A stretch of 64,000 bases of DNA, from assembly GCA_037131675.1 (NCBI GenBank), contig JBAXQO010000001.1, forward strand, positions 25,795 through 89,794, read 5' to 3'. Source of the DNA: a bacterium (GTDB taxonomy: Bacteria; Patescibacteriota; Minisyncoccia; Phycocordibacterales; CAIZIN01). The stretch's first letter is position 1. Each line of letters opens with the position of its first letter. Made by a program: the position numbers and the translations under genes. Under the pieces are notes generated by a model, which saw nothing but the letters and a program-made list of their open reading frames with translations, was not told where the DNA came from and did not search any database. Positions 28,281 to 39,022 of the stretch are shown here, piece by piece.

Positions 28281-29345
28281 TTATAACACTGAATCTATAA
28301 TTCCTCCCCCTATACACTTTTCTCCTTCATATAAAACCAGAGATTGGCCTAGTGGAATATACATTTGAGGCTCTGAGAAAGACACCTTGTACACACCTTC
28401 TTTTCTATTTATTTTACAGAAAGAAAGCTCCTGTCTGTATCGCCACCTACATTCATACACTTCATTTATTGAAGGTTCAATAATCCAATTTACATCGCGG
28501 AGTAATACATCTTTTGAAGCCTTTTCTTGAACTTCTATATTTAAATGAGAGACCGTTATTGTATTTTTATCAATATCTTTTGAAACGATATACTGAGGTT
28601 CATCTTCTGTACTTTTTTTTGTGATAGTAAATCCATGACGCTCACCCAAAGTATACAAATGAACTCCATCGTGTCTTCCTATAACCTCACCTAAATCATT
28701 TAATACTTCACCCTCTTTCTTTGAAATATAATGTGAGAGAAATTCCGTAAGATCTATTTTCCCCAAAAAGCACAGGCCCTGGCTGTCTTTTTTTTCACTT
28801 GTAAAAAGTTTATATTTTTTTGCGATTTTCCTTACTTCTTTTTTTTCAATATTGCCTATAGGGAAAAGAGTTTTTTCTACTTGCTCTTTAGGTACAGCCC
28901 ACAAAAAATATGATTGATCCTTATTTGAGTCTTCCCCTCTATACAAAACACCTCCTTTTACTTGAGCATAGTGTCCTGTGGCAATATAGTCAGCACCATG
29001 CTTCATTGCAAATTCAAAAAAAGTTCCAAACTTAACATGTTTATTACACATAACATCTGGGTTCGGTGTTCGCCCAGCTTTATATTCTGAAATCATGTAA
29101 TCCACAACATGTTGTTTATATGAGTCTTCAGCATCACAAGTTAAAAAGGGTATACCTAGGTGAGCGGCAACACGCATTGCATCTCGACGCTCATCTTTCC
29201 AATTACAATCAAGAAATGCAGGATACCAACCCTTTATAAAAACCCCAACAACTTCCGCACCTTGACGTAGCAAAAGAGCAGCAGAAACAGAAGAGTCTAC
29301 CCCCCCAGAAAGTCCCACAAACACTTTTTTACCTTTTAAATTCAT
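28281..29345 (-). CDS. mnmA: tRNA-specific 2-thiouridylase MnmA
   Basis: VFVGLSGGVDSSVSAALL PP-loop and overall MnmA pattern. Confidence 0.85.
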   Translation of the reverse strand: MNLKGKKVFVGLSGGVDSSVSAALLLRQGAEVVGVFIKGWYPAFLDCNWKDERRDAMRVAAHLGIPFLTCDAEDSYKQHVVDYMISEYKAGRTPNPDVMCNKHVKFGTFFEFAMKHGADYIATGHYAQVKGGVLYRGEDSNKDQSYFLWAVPKEQVEKTLFPIGNIEKKEVRKIAKKYKLFTSEKKDSQGLCFLGKIDLTEFLSHYISKKEGEVLNDLGEVIGRHDGVHLYTLGERHGFTITKKSTEDEPQYIVSKDIDKNTITVSHLNIEVQEKASKDVLLRDVNWIIEPSINEVYECRWRYRQELSFCKINRKEGVYKVSFSEPQMYIPLGQSLVLYEGEKCIGGGIIDSVL

Positions 29346-29411
29346 ATTACAAATTTAGTTATATCACATTACCCACCCACTACACCACTTTTGGTAGACT
29401 ATCAATATTTT

Positions 29412-30392
29412 TTATAAATATTTCTCTTTATTCAGCTTATGCTCCTCGAATGTTTTGGCATAATGTATCAACCCGTTTTTATCGGATAAATAATAGAAAT
29501 AGGGAGTTTCTGTAGGAAACATAGCTGCATTTATTGATTCTATTCCAGGATTATTTATTGGACCAGGTGGAAAACCTTTGTATTTATAAGTATTGTAAGG
29601 AGAATCAATACCTAAATCATTCTTTGTGAGCTCAGCTGATGTTTTATTGTTTATATATATAAAAGTTGCATCTACCTGTAGTGGCATACCTGTTGATATC
29701 CTCTTCCAAAGAATACCTGAGACTATTTTTTTATCTTCTTTTGTCTTTGCTTCGCCTTCAATAATTGATGCCATAGTAAGTATCTCTCTTAGATTTTTAG
29801 ATGTTTCTGATGAAGAGATATCCACATCTGAAATTGCACGATTAAAATTAGCAGACATCATATCTATGATGTCATCATCAGTAGCAGAAACTGGTATGAA
29901 ATATGTATCAGGAAACAAGTAACCTTCCTTAGATTTAGCTTTTTTCTCAAGTTCAACGGCATCTAACGACGGAAATTTAGAGCAAAGTATTTTAGAAACT
30001 TCTTTACTATCAACACCTTCAGGAATTGTTACTTTCTCTACTGGTATACCATAGTCTGCCCTTATAAGGCGAGTTGTAATCTGTATCAGATTTTCTTTTC
30101 CTTTAAAAATATACATTCCCGCTTTAACAGAACCACCACTCCTAGACAGAAATGCAGCAACTCTAAAAGCATCTGATGACCGAATAATATTTTCTTTCTT
30201 GAGCAGTAGAGATATTTGAGTAAGAGACATTCCGTTAGGTATGTTTACTTTTTTTTCTTGTGCCATCGGCGAAGATATAAAAAAATAGTAAACACCTATT
30301 AAAAAACAAAAGAAAAAAACAACACGCTTCAACAAAGAGTTGTACTGCGCATGTTTTTTAATGATTTGAATGAATAGCCGTACCTTTTCCAT
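29412..30392 (-). CDS. mltG: Endolytic murein transglycosylase MltG (YceG-like)
   Basis: TMASIIEGEAKTKEDKKIVSGILWKR...QVDATFIY...YNTYKYKGFPPGPINNPG matches YceG/MltG. Start at ATG 30390-30392, directly abutting stop of upstream gene. Confidence 0.75.
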   Translation of the reverse strand: MEKVRLFIQIIKKHAQYNSLLKRVVFFFCFLIGVYYFFISSPMAQEKKVNIPNGMSLTQISLLLKKENIIRSSDAFRVAAFLSRSGGSVKAGMYIFKGKENLIQITTRLIRADYGIPVEKVTIPEGVDSKEVSKILCSKFPSLDAVELEKKAKSKEGYLFPDTYFIPVSATDDDIIDMMSANFNRAISDVDISSSETSKNLREILTMASIIEGEAKTKEDKKIVSGILWKRISTGMPLQVDATFIYINNKTSAELTKNDLGIDSPYNTYKYKGFPPGPINNPGIESINAAMFPTETPYFYYLSDKNGLIHYAKTFEEHKLNKEKYL

Positions 30393-30393
30393 A

Positions 30394-31650
30394 CTATATC
30401 GGCAAATTTGCTGGCGGTTCTGCTTTCTTTGAAAGAATACGTCCGAGTGTTGGTGTTTGTACAACAGTACCCGGGAAGTGGAAAATTGTTGCAAGCTCCT
30501 CAGAGTTTAGAACAATATGTTTTTCTTTTACGGGAGAAAAGAAATATGAGCGTTTTTTATACGCATACAAAAGATCTCTCTTCATCTTATTCTGACGAAT
30601 ATTATTCCAATCTTCCCACGGATAATCAAAAGATGTGTTGTTTTTTGGTCTAAATCCATTAAGAGATGGAGAATTAAAAGGCTTCATGAGAGCCATGAGA
30701 AATGGAATGTTTGAACCGTTAAAACTATCTTTTGTCGCTAAATAGATAGTACGGATACCAACATCAAACCCTGGCTTAGATACACTTCTTTCTAAAGCAG
30801 CAATAATTTCTGTCTGACCTTTGGTCATATTTGGAAAACCTTCTTGTTCTTTTCCTGTTACAGGGTCTTTGTATTTAGTAGTGTTTTCGCTTCTTATTCT
30901 TTTTACCTCTTTCAAAGCTTCATCTTTCCAGTTATCTTTTGCTGCATTCCACGAAAGTGGATTCCACCATTTTCTTTTTGAAAAATCTGCATCCTCTTTC
31001 TTGTGAGCTCTACAAATAATTTGAATCCAAAACTGTTCTCCTTTGCCGAGCTGTCCAAGAAATTCAAGAATTTGAGACAATGGATCAACTTTTTGTTCTT
31101 CTTTTGTAGCTGTCTCATTAAGACCATAATCAACATAAGTTTTTATGGGATATGGATCAGACTGTGTAAATGTAAATTCTGTTCCAAACAAACCAATTTC
31201 ATTTGGATCAAAATCAGGAATTTTTTTAGCATAATCCTCAACTACGTTTACTTCAGCGCCAGGATATTGAGCATAAATTTGAGACTCAATATGTTTTTGA
31301 AAACCGTCTCTAGTCCAAATAAAAAAATGAACATATCCCTCAAGAGAGACCATCTCCAAAGAAAACCAAGCTCTTGTTTTTCCCAAAAAATTACGGTCAT
31401 ACCACGTTGACTCACCACTTGTCCACCAGACGGTATTCAAAAAAAGCTCCATTGCCACTGGGGATTTAGCAACCTCTTTAGGAACGCGAGCTTCCATCAA
31501 GACATATTTTTGAGAAGCAAAAAACTTTTTATGATTGTAATGCACAAACATTTCCCAAGCCACAAAACCTAGGAGAAAAGGAACCCATAAAGGTGCCACA
31601 TCTAGTAGATATCCAAATGCAATTGTTATAAGATCAGGTGATCCATTCAT
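30394..31650 (-). CDS. Hypothetical membrane protein
   Basis: Two N-terminal TM helices then large Trp-rich domain. No family recognised. Confidence 0.4.
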   Translation of the reverse strand: MNGSPDLITIAFGYLLDVAPLWVPFLLGFVAWEMFVHYNHKKFFASQKYVLMEARVPKEVAKSPVAMELFLNTVWWTSGESTWYDRNFLGKTRAWFSLEMVSLEGYVHFFIWTRDGFQKHIESQIYAQYPGAEVNVVEDYAKKIPDFDPNEIGLFGTEFTFTQSDPYPIKTYVDYGLNETATKEEQKVDPLSQILEFLGQLGKGEQFWIQIICRAHKKEDADFSKRKWWNPLSWNAAKDNWKDEALKEVKRIRSENTTKYKDPVTGKEQEGFPNMTKGQTEIIAALERSVSKPGFDVGIRTIYLATKDSFNGSNIPFLMALMKPFNSPSLNGFRPKNNTSFDYPWEDWNNIRQNKMKRDLLYAYKKRSYFFSPVKEKHIVLNSEELATIFHFPGTVVQTPTLGRILSKKAEPPANLPI

Positions 31651-31732
31651 CGGTACAATTGTAGCAAAAATTAAACTTACTCGCCATATAAAAAACTACA
31701 CACTCTGTGAAGTGTGTAGTTTTTTATATTTA

Positions 31733-32767
31733 TTATTTAGTAGTTGAGTACTTCCCTTCTTTATCTTTCTTGAAATGCTTAGTGTTTTGAAGGTTTACAA
31801 GAATTGTATTTTCCTTCACGTAGCGCTCTTTGAGAACTTTGTCTATGATATCTTTTTTTGCAAGAGGTCCATGCTTTTCCAAAATCCCATGTATTACATC
31901 TCGCACAATACCTGTGAGATATCCCCACTCTGACAGAGCATACAAACCGCGACCAACCAAAACAAAACGTTTATCTTTAATTAGTTCATTATGAGTAGTT
32001 GCTACATGAGCTTTTTTCCCAAAAACCTGAGTGATAGCTTTTGCAACTTCTCGGAAGTGAATCGGTGAACCATGTTTTCGAATAACAAGATATGCATAGT
32101 CCCGAATACCCTTAGCTCGAATACTTGGAGATTCTGACTTACCCCATTCGCCTAGAGGGTTCTTGTCTATGAGCTTTGACATGGAGAGCCATCGTCTCAA
32201 AATCTCTTCTTTTTTATATTCTTCATTTACATCTTTTACATGTTCCAAAAACGCGGCAAGCATTTCGCTCTCAGGAAGGATTTCATCATCCTTTAACCCC
32301 TTGTAAAGTTTTCGAAGTGATTCATGTATTTTCTTTGAAAGTTCTTCATCAACATGCCATCGGTGCTGGAATTCTTCATCTTCTTTACTTTTCTTGAAAG
32401 ACTCACCAATCACAAGAAGAAAATGAACATGGTTTTGAGTACTTTTGTCTTTTGCTAAAGATACCAAAAGTTCTGCCTCAGGAACAATACCTCCCATTTT
32501 TCGGATATGAGCTTCAAGTTCAGCAAAAGCTTCTAGTTCTTTTTTATAAAGTTCAGATTTACGAATAACGTTTATAGCGTAAGCCTCAATTTGACGGACA
32601 CGTTCACGTGTTATTTTGTATGTTTTTCCAATAGACTCAAGTGTCATCTTGCGCGCATCAGCACCAAGACCATAGCGGCCAGTAATGACGTCTTTTGCTC
32701 TAGGAGGGAGCGCCGATAAGAGTTTTTTAACAACCTGCTTAGGTTTAAATGTGATTGATGAAGCCAT
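31733..32767 (-). CDS. Sigma-70 region-4-like HTH domain protein with uncharacterised C-terminal domain
   Basis: LPPRAKDVITGRYGL...MTLESIGKTYKITRERVRQIEAYAI is a sigma-70 region 4 (PF04545-like) pattern. No regions 2/3. Confidence 0.5.
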   Translation of the reverse strand: MASSITFKPKQVVKKLLSALPPRAKDVITGRYGLGADARKMTLESIGKTYKITRERVRQIEAYAINVIRKSELYKKELEAFAELEAHIRKMGGIVPEAELLVSLAKDKSTQNHVHFLLVIGESFKKSKEDEEFQHRWHVDEELSKKIHESLRKLYKGLKDDEILPESEMLAAFLEHVKDVNEEYKKEEILRRWLSMSKLIDKNPLGEWGKSESPSIRAKGIRDYAYLVIRKHGSPIHFREVAKAITQVFGKKAHVATTHNELIKDKRFVLVGRGLYALSEWGYLTGIVRDVIHGILEKHGPLAKKDIIDKVLKERYVKENTILVNLQNTKHFKKDKEGKYSTTK

Positions 32768-32820
32768 AAAATTAAAATCTATATAGATACATTATCATTT
32801 ATTTAGATACGAGTCAAGGG

Positions 32821-35800
32821 TTACCCTTTGACCACTATGTTGATAAGCCTAGTTGGAACAAATACCACCTTAATAATCTCCTTCCCCTCAATCCACTTGA
32901 ATATGTCTAAATTATCTTTCAAACTCTCAAAAGCCTCTTTTTCTTCAATTGTCCTAGAAACCTTCATCTCTCCACGTAATTTACCGTTAACCTGAACCAC
33001 GATGGTCACAATATCGCTTTCAAGTTTCTTGGGGTCATATTTTGGCCATACAACTTCATGAATCGATTTTTTGTTCCCTAACGATCTCCACAACTCTTCC
33101 GACATATGGGGTGCAAATGGAGCTAGAATTTGGAGAAACTTTTCAAAATGACTTTTGTATACGGCTGGAGAATTATCCATCTCGTTAACTAAAATCATCA
33201 TGGCAGAAATGGCGGTGTTGAAATTAAATGACTCAATATCCTCTCCAACTTTTTTTATTGTCTTATTGAGAGTCTGCTCGTATGAATAAACGACTTTTTT
33301 ATCTTCAGAAATTTTTTCCTGTATTCTCCAAACTTTTTCAATAAACCTACGAGAACCAATTATTCCATCTGTAGACCAAGGCAACTGTGAATCAAATGGA
33401 CCAATGAACATTTCAAAAACTCTAAGTGTGTCTGCTCCATATGTTGCAACCACCTCATCTGGATTTACCACATTCCCCCATCTTTTTGACATCTTTCTGT
33501 TATCAGAACCGAGAATCATACCTTGGTTGCGAAGCGCCTTGAAAGGTTCTTTCATTGGTACGAGTTTTAAATCAAATAGGAACTTATGCCAGAAACGAGA
33601 ATACAAGAGATGTCCTGTTGCATGCTCCGCACCGCCCACATACATATCTACCTGTTTCCAATATTTTAAAGTTTTTTCACTTGCGAATTTTGAATTGTTA
33701 AGAGGGTCCATATAACGCAAGAAATACCAAGATGAACCTGCCCACCCAGGCATTGTGTTTGTTTCATATCCATTCTTCACCCAATCCTTCACACCAGCAA
33801 GTGGAGATTCTCCAGTACCTATTGGTTCATATGATTTAACATTTGGAAGTGTGAGTGGTAGTTCTTTTTCTTTAAGAGATTTTATTGTTCCGTCTTTTTC
33901 GTGAACCAATGGAATGGGCTCACCCCAATATCGCTGACGAGCAAAAATAGCATCGCGCATTTTATATTTTGTCACTAATTTTCCGCCCACAGCTTTTGTG
34001 ATTTCTTCTCTGGCTTTTTCAGAAGATAAAGCATTAAATTTTTCTGAATTTGAAAGCACACCATCGTCCGTATACGCACTCACACCTTTAATAACTCTGT
34101 CGAGCCAAACGTCCATCTCGGCATGACACATAAATGTAGTGTTTAGGCTTCTTTGATCTATCCACAAAATTTCATTTTCTTCTTGCTCTTCTTTAGAGAT
34201 TTCTTTTCTCTCATCTCCATCCAGTTCAAAATACACAAGACTTGTGAACGAAACCCTGTTTTGGTCTTTATGTTTTGCAAAATACTCCGCACGCACTTGC
34301 CCACCTAAAATTTTTGCATTTGTTAAGTTTGTGTAACCCGTTTCTTCCAAAACCTCTCTTTTTGCTGCATCAATCAAATCTTCTCCTTCATTTACTCCGC
34401 CCATTGGAAACGTATTCCAATGATGTTTTTTTGAATGCAAACATAAATATTTTCCAGTCTTAACATTCTTAACCATCGCCTGAACATTCTGTCTCTCAAC
34501 TTTTTGTTTACCTGCAACTGGTGGATTTCTTTTATCAATTCGCTCAGGAATAATAACTTCTTTTACTGGCAATTTATGTTTCTTGGCAAATTCCCAGTCT
34601 CTCTCATCATGTGCAGGTACAGCCATCACAGCACCTGTTCCATATGATGCAAGCACATAATCTGCAATCCACACAGGAACTTCTTCATTATTTACCGGAT
34701 TAATTGCATATATACTTTTTAGTTCAACTCCCGTTTTCCCCTTGCTTCCAACACGATCTTCTTCTGTTTTATTTTTTACTTCCTCAATATATTTCAAAAC
34801 CTCATTTTTATTTGAGACAAAAGTTAAAAGTTTTTGCACCAATTCATGTTCTGGAGCAAGCACAACGTAGGTCACACCAAAAAGCGTGTCAGCCCGTGTT
34901 GTGAATACTTTTATTTTTTCTCCTATTCCTTTAATTAAAAATTCAATTTCTGAACCTTCGCTTTTTCCAATCCAGTTTTTTTGAATTTCCTTGATATGTG
35001 AAGACCAATCTAAATCTGTTAAATCTTCAATGAGTCTATCTGCATATGCAGTGATACGTAAAAACCATTGCCGCAAAGATTTCTTTACTACAGAATACCC
35101 GCCACGTTCAGACACAGGTTTACCGTCTGGTCCGTCAACAATTTCATCGTTTGCAAGTACAGTGCCGAGCTCGGGACACCAGTTCACCTCACTGAAACCT
35201 TCGTAAGCCAAACGGTATTTCATCAAAAACTTATCGTGCGCAAGCTTATCCATATTCTTCCATTCTTTCGCAGTTATTATTGGAGTATCTAGATCGGCGG
35301 CAGCACTTACTTTTTCATTACCGTTTTTTTCTAAAATTTTAACAAGAGTTTCTATTGGCTCCGCTTTGTTTTTTGCAGTGTTATACCATGAATTGTAAAG
35401 CTTAAGAAAAATCCACTGAGTCCATTTATAATATTTTGGATCAGTTGTATTTATTTTTCTAGACCAATCATATGAAAATCCAATTTTATGGAGTTGCCCT
35501 TCAAAAGTCTTAACATTTTCCTCAACAGCTTTTCGAGGATGGATTTTGTGTTGAATGGCATATTGTTCGGCAGGCAAACCAAAAGCATCATAACCCATCG
35601 GATGAAGAACATTAAATCCTTTTACGCGCATGAGACGTGCGTACACATCACTTGCAATGTAGCCCCGTGGGTGCCCAACATGAAGACCTTGTCCAGAAGG
35701 ATACGGGAACATGTCTAATACATATTTCTTTGGTTTTTTGGTTGAAGACGCAGTTTTGTATATACCTTTTTTCTCCCACTCTTTCTGCCATTTGGATTCA

Positions 35801-35838
35801 ATCTTCTTATGGTCGTAAGCTTTAACTTTTTGTTTCAT
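32821..35838 (-). CDS. leuS: Leucyl-tRNA synthetase with an embedded Nudix hydrolase domain (~residues 440-585)
   Basis: MFPYPSGQGLHVGHPRGY HIGH region, CP1 editing domain (GTGAVMAVPAHDERDWEFA), KMSKR. Extra ~150-aa insert after CP1 with Nudix box GGVNEGEDLIDAAKREVLEETGY. Total 1005 aa. Confidence 0.9.
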   Translation of the reverse strand: MKQKVKAYDHKKIESKWQKEWEKKGIYKTASSTKKPKKYVLDMFPYPSGQGLHVGHPRGYIASDVYARLMRVKGFNVLHPMGYDAFGLPAEQYAIQHKIHPRKAVEENVKTFEGQLHKIGFSYDWSRKINTTDPKYYKWTQWIFLKLYNSWYNTAKNKAEPIETLVKILEKNGNEKVSAAADLDTPIITAKEWKNMDKLAHDKFLMKYRLAYEGFSEVNWCPELGTVLANDEIVDGPDGKPVSERGGYSVVKKSLRQWFLRITAYADRLIEDLTDLDWSSHIKEIQKNWIGKSEGSEIEFLIKGIGEKIKVFTTRADTLFGVTYVVLAPEHELVQKLLTFVSNKNEVLKYIEEVKNKTEEDRVGSKGKTGVELKSIYAINPVNNEEVPVWIADYVLASYGTGAVMAVPAHDERDWEFAKKHKLPVKEVIIPERIDKRNPPVAGKQKVERQNVQAMVKNVKTGKYLCLHSKKHHWNTFPMGGVNEGEDLIDAAKREVLEETGYTNLTNAKILGGQVRAEYFAKHKDQNRVSFTSLVYFELDGDERKEISKEEQEENEILWIDQRSLNTTFMCHAEMDVWLDRVIKGVSAYTDDGVLSNSEKFNALSSEKAREEITKAVGGKLVTKYKMRDAIFARQRYWGEPIPLVHEKDGTIKSLKEKELPLTLPNVKSYEPIGTGESPLAGVKDWVKNGYETNTMPGWAGSSWYFLRYMDPLNNSKFASEKTLKYWKQVDMYVGGAEHATGHLLYSRFWHKFLFDLKLVPMKEPFKALRNQGMILGSDNRKMSKRWGNVVNPDEVVATYGADTLRVFEMFIGPFDSQLPWSTDGIIGSRRFIEKVWRIQEKISEDKKVVYSYEQTLNKTIKKVGEDIESFNFNTAISAMMILVNEMDNSPAVYKSHFEKFLQILAPFAPHMSEELWRSLGNKKSIHEVVWPKYDPKKLESDIVTIVVQVNGKLRGEMKVSRTIEEKEAFESLKDNLDIFKWIEGKEIIKVVFVPTRLINIVVKG

Positions 35839-36385
35839 CTCTTTCGCTCTTTAAATTAAATTTTTTAATCGCAATCCAAAATAATACTACCAGTGCCACA
35901 CCGAGTATAAATACTTTAATCAGATCGTCCGCACGGCTCCAGTATCGAATAGAGGCTATTAGGAAGTCTAGAACGGCACCAACAGATAGAGCTATTGAAA
36001 GTACTTCAAAATTTACAAGAAATAGACTTGCACCAAAAGTGATAACACCCAACACTACAAGCGTAACGAACACATTTCGATCATATACCTTGCTTGCTTC
36101 CTGATATTTTTGATTACATGAAAATGATTGATCACAATATCCTGATGGTTCGCCAACTTTGGTAGGTTTTGGAAGTTCTGTCCATGCACCACCAGATGTC
36201 ACGCATTGATCCTGGGTCTCGGGCGCCATATTTATTTGTTTTACAGGACAAAAGACATTGTAATCAGGAGAAGAAAACACAAGAGAAAGTGTGTAATTAT
36301 AGAAAAGATTGAGCACTATGACGATTCCAATAATCAGAGACCATCTGAGTATTTTAGGTGAGCGAAATGCTGGTGTGTTTTCCAT
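35822..36385 (-). CDS. Hypothetical membrane protein
   Basis: Multiple predicted TM helices. No motif. Confidence 0.4.
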   Translation of the reverse strand: MENTPAFRSPKILRWSLIIGIVIVLNLFYNYTLSLVFSSPDYNVFCPVKQINMAPETQDQCVTSGGAWTELPKPTKVGEPSGYCDQSFSCNQKYQEASKVYDRNVFVTLVVLGVITFGASLFLVNFEVLSIALSVGAVLDFLIASIRYWSRADDLIKVFILGVALVVLFWIAIKKFNLKSERDETKS

Positions 36386-36448
36386 AAAATTTAAAGCTTA
36401 TTATAATACTTGATATTACATGAAAAACGTTGCGAATTCAAACCGTTT

Positions 36449-37000
36449 TTAATTTTCCTTGAGTAATCCTAGCTCTTGTCTAAATTCTTCCAAAAGAGCT
36501 TTACTCGTAAGTCTTTTTTCTACCACTTCAAAAACCGAATCATAAAACCACTTCACTTCTTCAAAACTTTTAAAATGAATACCCCAATGCCCAACACCTG
36601 TCTCCAAAATATCTTCACGAATAGATACCAGGTTATGAATTTTATCAGCCGTCGCCAACATTAAAGCTTCCTCGGATGCACTTTCTAGCCGGTTAATGTA
36701 TTTTTCTTTTCTGTCTTTCCAATCAAGGTTGGATTTCTCAGTGACCTCACTTACTATGTTTGCAACTCTCTCACCAAAATCCCTAACTATGTCTGAATAT
36801 TCATACCCTTCAGTGTCTTCTAACACATCATGAAGTAGAGCTGCCACTATTACATCTTCATCTTTTGTTTGTTCAGATAAAAGCCAGGCAACTGAAAAAG
36901 GATGCACAATATATGGGAGATTATTTACTTTGCGCGTTTGACTCCTGTGTTGATGTGTAGCAACATAAATTGCTTTTTGAATTTTTGGATTAAGAAGCAT
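36449..37000 (-). CDS. HD-domain phosphohydrolase, RelA/SpoT-hydrolase-like (small alarmone hydrolase-like)
   Basis: YIVHPFSVA...AALLHDVLEDT HD motif arrangement as in (p)ppGpp hydrolase domains. Confidence 0.6.
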   Translation of the reverse strand: MLLNPKIQKAIYVATHQHRSQTRKVNNLPYIVHPFSVAWLLSEQTKDEDVIVAALLHDVLEDTEGYEYSDIVRDFGERVANIVSEVTEKSNLDWKDRKEKYINRLESASEEALMLATADKIHNLVSIREDILETGVGHWGIHFKSFEEVKWFYDSVFEVVEKRLTSKALLEEFRQELGLLKEN

Positions 37001-37005
37001 GATAA

Positions 37006-37482
37006 CTATTCAAAAGAAATATTATTTATTATTACAGGGTCAACAGGTCTGTCTGAAGAGTTTACAGGTGTATTTTCAATATCTGCCACCACCTCCATTC
37101 CTTTTGTTACTTTTCCAAAAACAGTATGTTTCGTATCCAAAAAGTTGTTGGCTCTTGTATTAATGAAAAACTGACTACCATTTGTATCAGGTCCTGCATT
37201 TGCCATAGAGATGGTACCTAAATCATTTTTGTTATCAATATCTAATTCATCTTCAAATGTGTATCCCGGACCACCAGTGCCCCAACGTGACATTTGTGAA
37301 TCATCTTTTGTAAGAGGGTCACCTCCCTGAATCATAAAATCTTTTATTACGCGATGAAATTTTACACCATCATAAAAACCATCTTTAGAAAGCTTCACAA
37401 AATTCTCAACTGTGTTAGGAGTTTTTTTATCAAAAAGTTCAATAGTGATATCTCCCTTGTTTGTATGTAATATTGCGTTCAT
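37006..37482 (-). CDS. ppiB: Cyclophilin-type peptidyl-prolyl cis-trans isomerase
   Basis: [15 protein letters not shown] and WGTGGPGY motifs. Confidence 0.85.
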   Translation of the reverse strand: MNAILHTNKGDITIELFDKKTPNTVENFVKLSKDGFYDGVKFHRVIKDFMIQGGDPLTKDDSQMSRWGTGGPGYTFEDELDIDNKNDLGTISMANAGPDTNGSQFFINTRANNFLDTKHTVFGKVTKGMEVVADIENTPVNSSDRPVDPVIINNISFE

Positions 37483-37501
37483 TTTATTTAATTATATTAT
37501 T

Positions 37502-38071
37502 TTATAAACCAAAAAGTATTTTCTTAAGCAGTTCATCTGTTCCCTTCTTATTCATTGCCGAATATGGAAATACATTTTCTTCTCCAGATTCCATTTTTAT
37601 TAATTTTAATTTTTCTGAAAGTTCCTTTTGATTAAGTTTATCACTTTTGTTTGCGACGATTATATAGTTATGGTTTTCACCCCTAAGTACATCTAGCATA
37701 TCTTTATCAAAATCCGTAAGCCCAACCTTACTATCTAATACGAGAACTACCACATAAGGTTTAACCCCAGACTCAGCAAGATACCACAAGATCATTTCTC
37801 TTATTTTTTCCTTATTCCCCCTTGCGTATCCATAACCTGGCAAATCAACAAAATAAGATTTATTCTTGTTTATCAAAAAAAAGTTTATCTCTGTTGTTTT
37901 TCCAGGTTTTTTTCCAGTCTTTACCAAGTCTTTCTTTCCAACTAAAGCATTGATAAGACTTGATTTTCCGACATTTGAACGCCCAACAAAACAAATTTGT
38001 GGAATATCCTTCTCTAGAATATCATTTGGGCCCACGATTCCTCTTACAAATTCTGAAGATGTAATTTTCAT
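37502..38071 (-). CDS. engB: Ribosome-biogenesis GTPase EngB/YsxC
   Basis: GRSNVGKSSLINAL P-loop, DLPGYGY G3, length ~190 aa. Confidence 0.8.
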   Translation of the reverse strand: MKITSSEFVRGIVGPNDILEKDIPQICFVGRSNVGKSSLINALVGKKDLVKTGKKPGKTTEINFFLINKNKSYFVDLPGYGYARGNKEKIREMILWYLAESGVKPYVVVLVLDSKVGLTDFDKDMLDVLRGENHNYIIVANKSDKLNQKELSEKLKLIKMESGEENVFPYSAMNKKGTDELLKKILFGL

Positions 38072-38081
38072 ATGAAAGTCT

Positions 38082-38663
38082 TTAGAAATATTCTTTTTTA
38101 GTAATCTCGAATAATTTAGAATTTTGATTTTTCTTTTCTTTCATAAAGTTAATGTAATGCTCTAGAGACATAAGTTTTTTGTAATCAAGTATTTTTTCAG
38201 TAAACTCTACTCCAAACAAGTGATCGTATTCATGTTGAATTACTCGCGCGAGAAGTCCGTTGCAAAGCAATCTAAACTTTTCCCCATTTATATTGAAAGC
38301 TTCAATAACTATTTCTGATGGTCTTTTTACAGGACCAAACAACTGACCACTGAGTACACTTCCACACCCCTCGTATATAATATTTTCATTTTCAGAAAAA
38401 TGTGTAATTTTAGGATTTATAAAAACACAAAAATCATCGAGCTGAGCCTCTGAACGCGCCTTGGTTTTTCTAATTTCAGTTACAAAAATCTTATAGTTTT
38501 TTGCGATTTGAGGAGCTGCCATACCCACCAAATTTTTTTTACGCATTGTATCTTTCAAATCCTTAATAACCCTCTTTATTTCTGGGTTTGAAAAATCTTT
38601 AACGACAATGTTTTTCGCCTTTAATCTTGGGTCACCAATTTGAATAGTGGTTCTTACGGACAT
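38082..38663 (-). CDS. def: Peptide deformylase
   Basis: GMAAPQI, EGCGS and HEYDHLFG motifs. Confidence 0.85.
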   Translation of the reverse strand: MSVRTTIQIGDPRLKAKNIVVKDFSNPEIKRVIKDLKDTMRKKNLVGMAAPQIAKNYKIFVTEIRKTKARSEAQLDDFCVFINPKITHFSENENIIYEGCGSVLSGQLFGPVKRPSEIVIEAFNINGEKFRLLCNGLLARVIQHEYDHLFGVEFTEKILDYKKLMSLEHYINFMKEKKNQNSKLFEITKKEYF

Positions 38664-38704
38664 GATCTTTACATCTTTCCATACTTGCAGCTATTTTACA
38701 ATCA

Positions 38705-38959
38705 CTATTTCTTTTCTTCTTTCAAAATTTTAGCCTTAATATCTGCGCCTCGATTATAGCCACCATAGGTTCCATCCGAACGAACAACCCTATGACAAGG
38801 AATATTTGGGTTGTAATTTTTATTCAAGATATTTCCCACTGCTCGTGAAGCATTAATATTTCCCGCTAATCTAGCAACTTCTTTATATGTCAAAGTTTCG
38901 CCTTTTTTGATTGTAATTACAACTTCATATACTTTTTGGGTAAAAGATCGGCTAGTCAT
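38705..38959 (-). CDS. Short O6-alkylguanine-DNA alkyltransferase-like protein (MGMT DNA-binding domain with PCHRV)
   Basis: PCHRVV active-site motif and HTH of Ogt C-terminal domain; only 84 aa, N-terminal domain absent. Confidence 0.6.
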   Translation of the reverse strand: MTSRSFTQKVYEVVITIKKGETLTYKEVARLAGNINASRAVGNILNKNYNPNIPCHRVVRSDGTYGGYNRGADIKAKILKEEKK

Positions 38960-39022
38960 ATTGGGAGTATAGCAAAAGATAGGGACTGAAGTATGAAGAA
39001 CTTCAAACGCCTCAAGACATTA

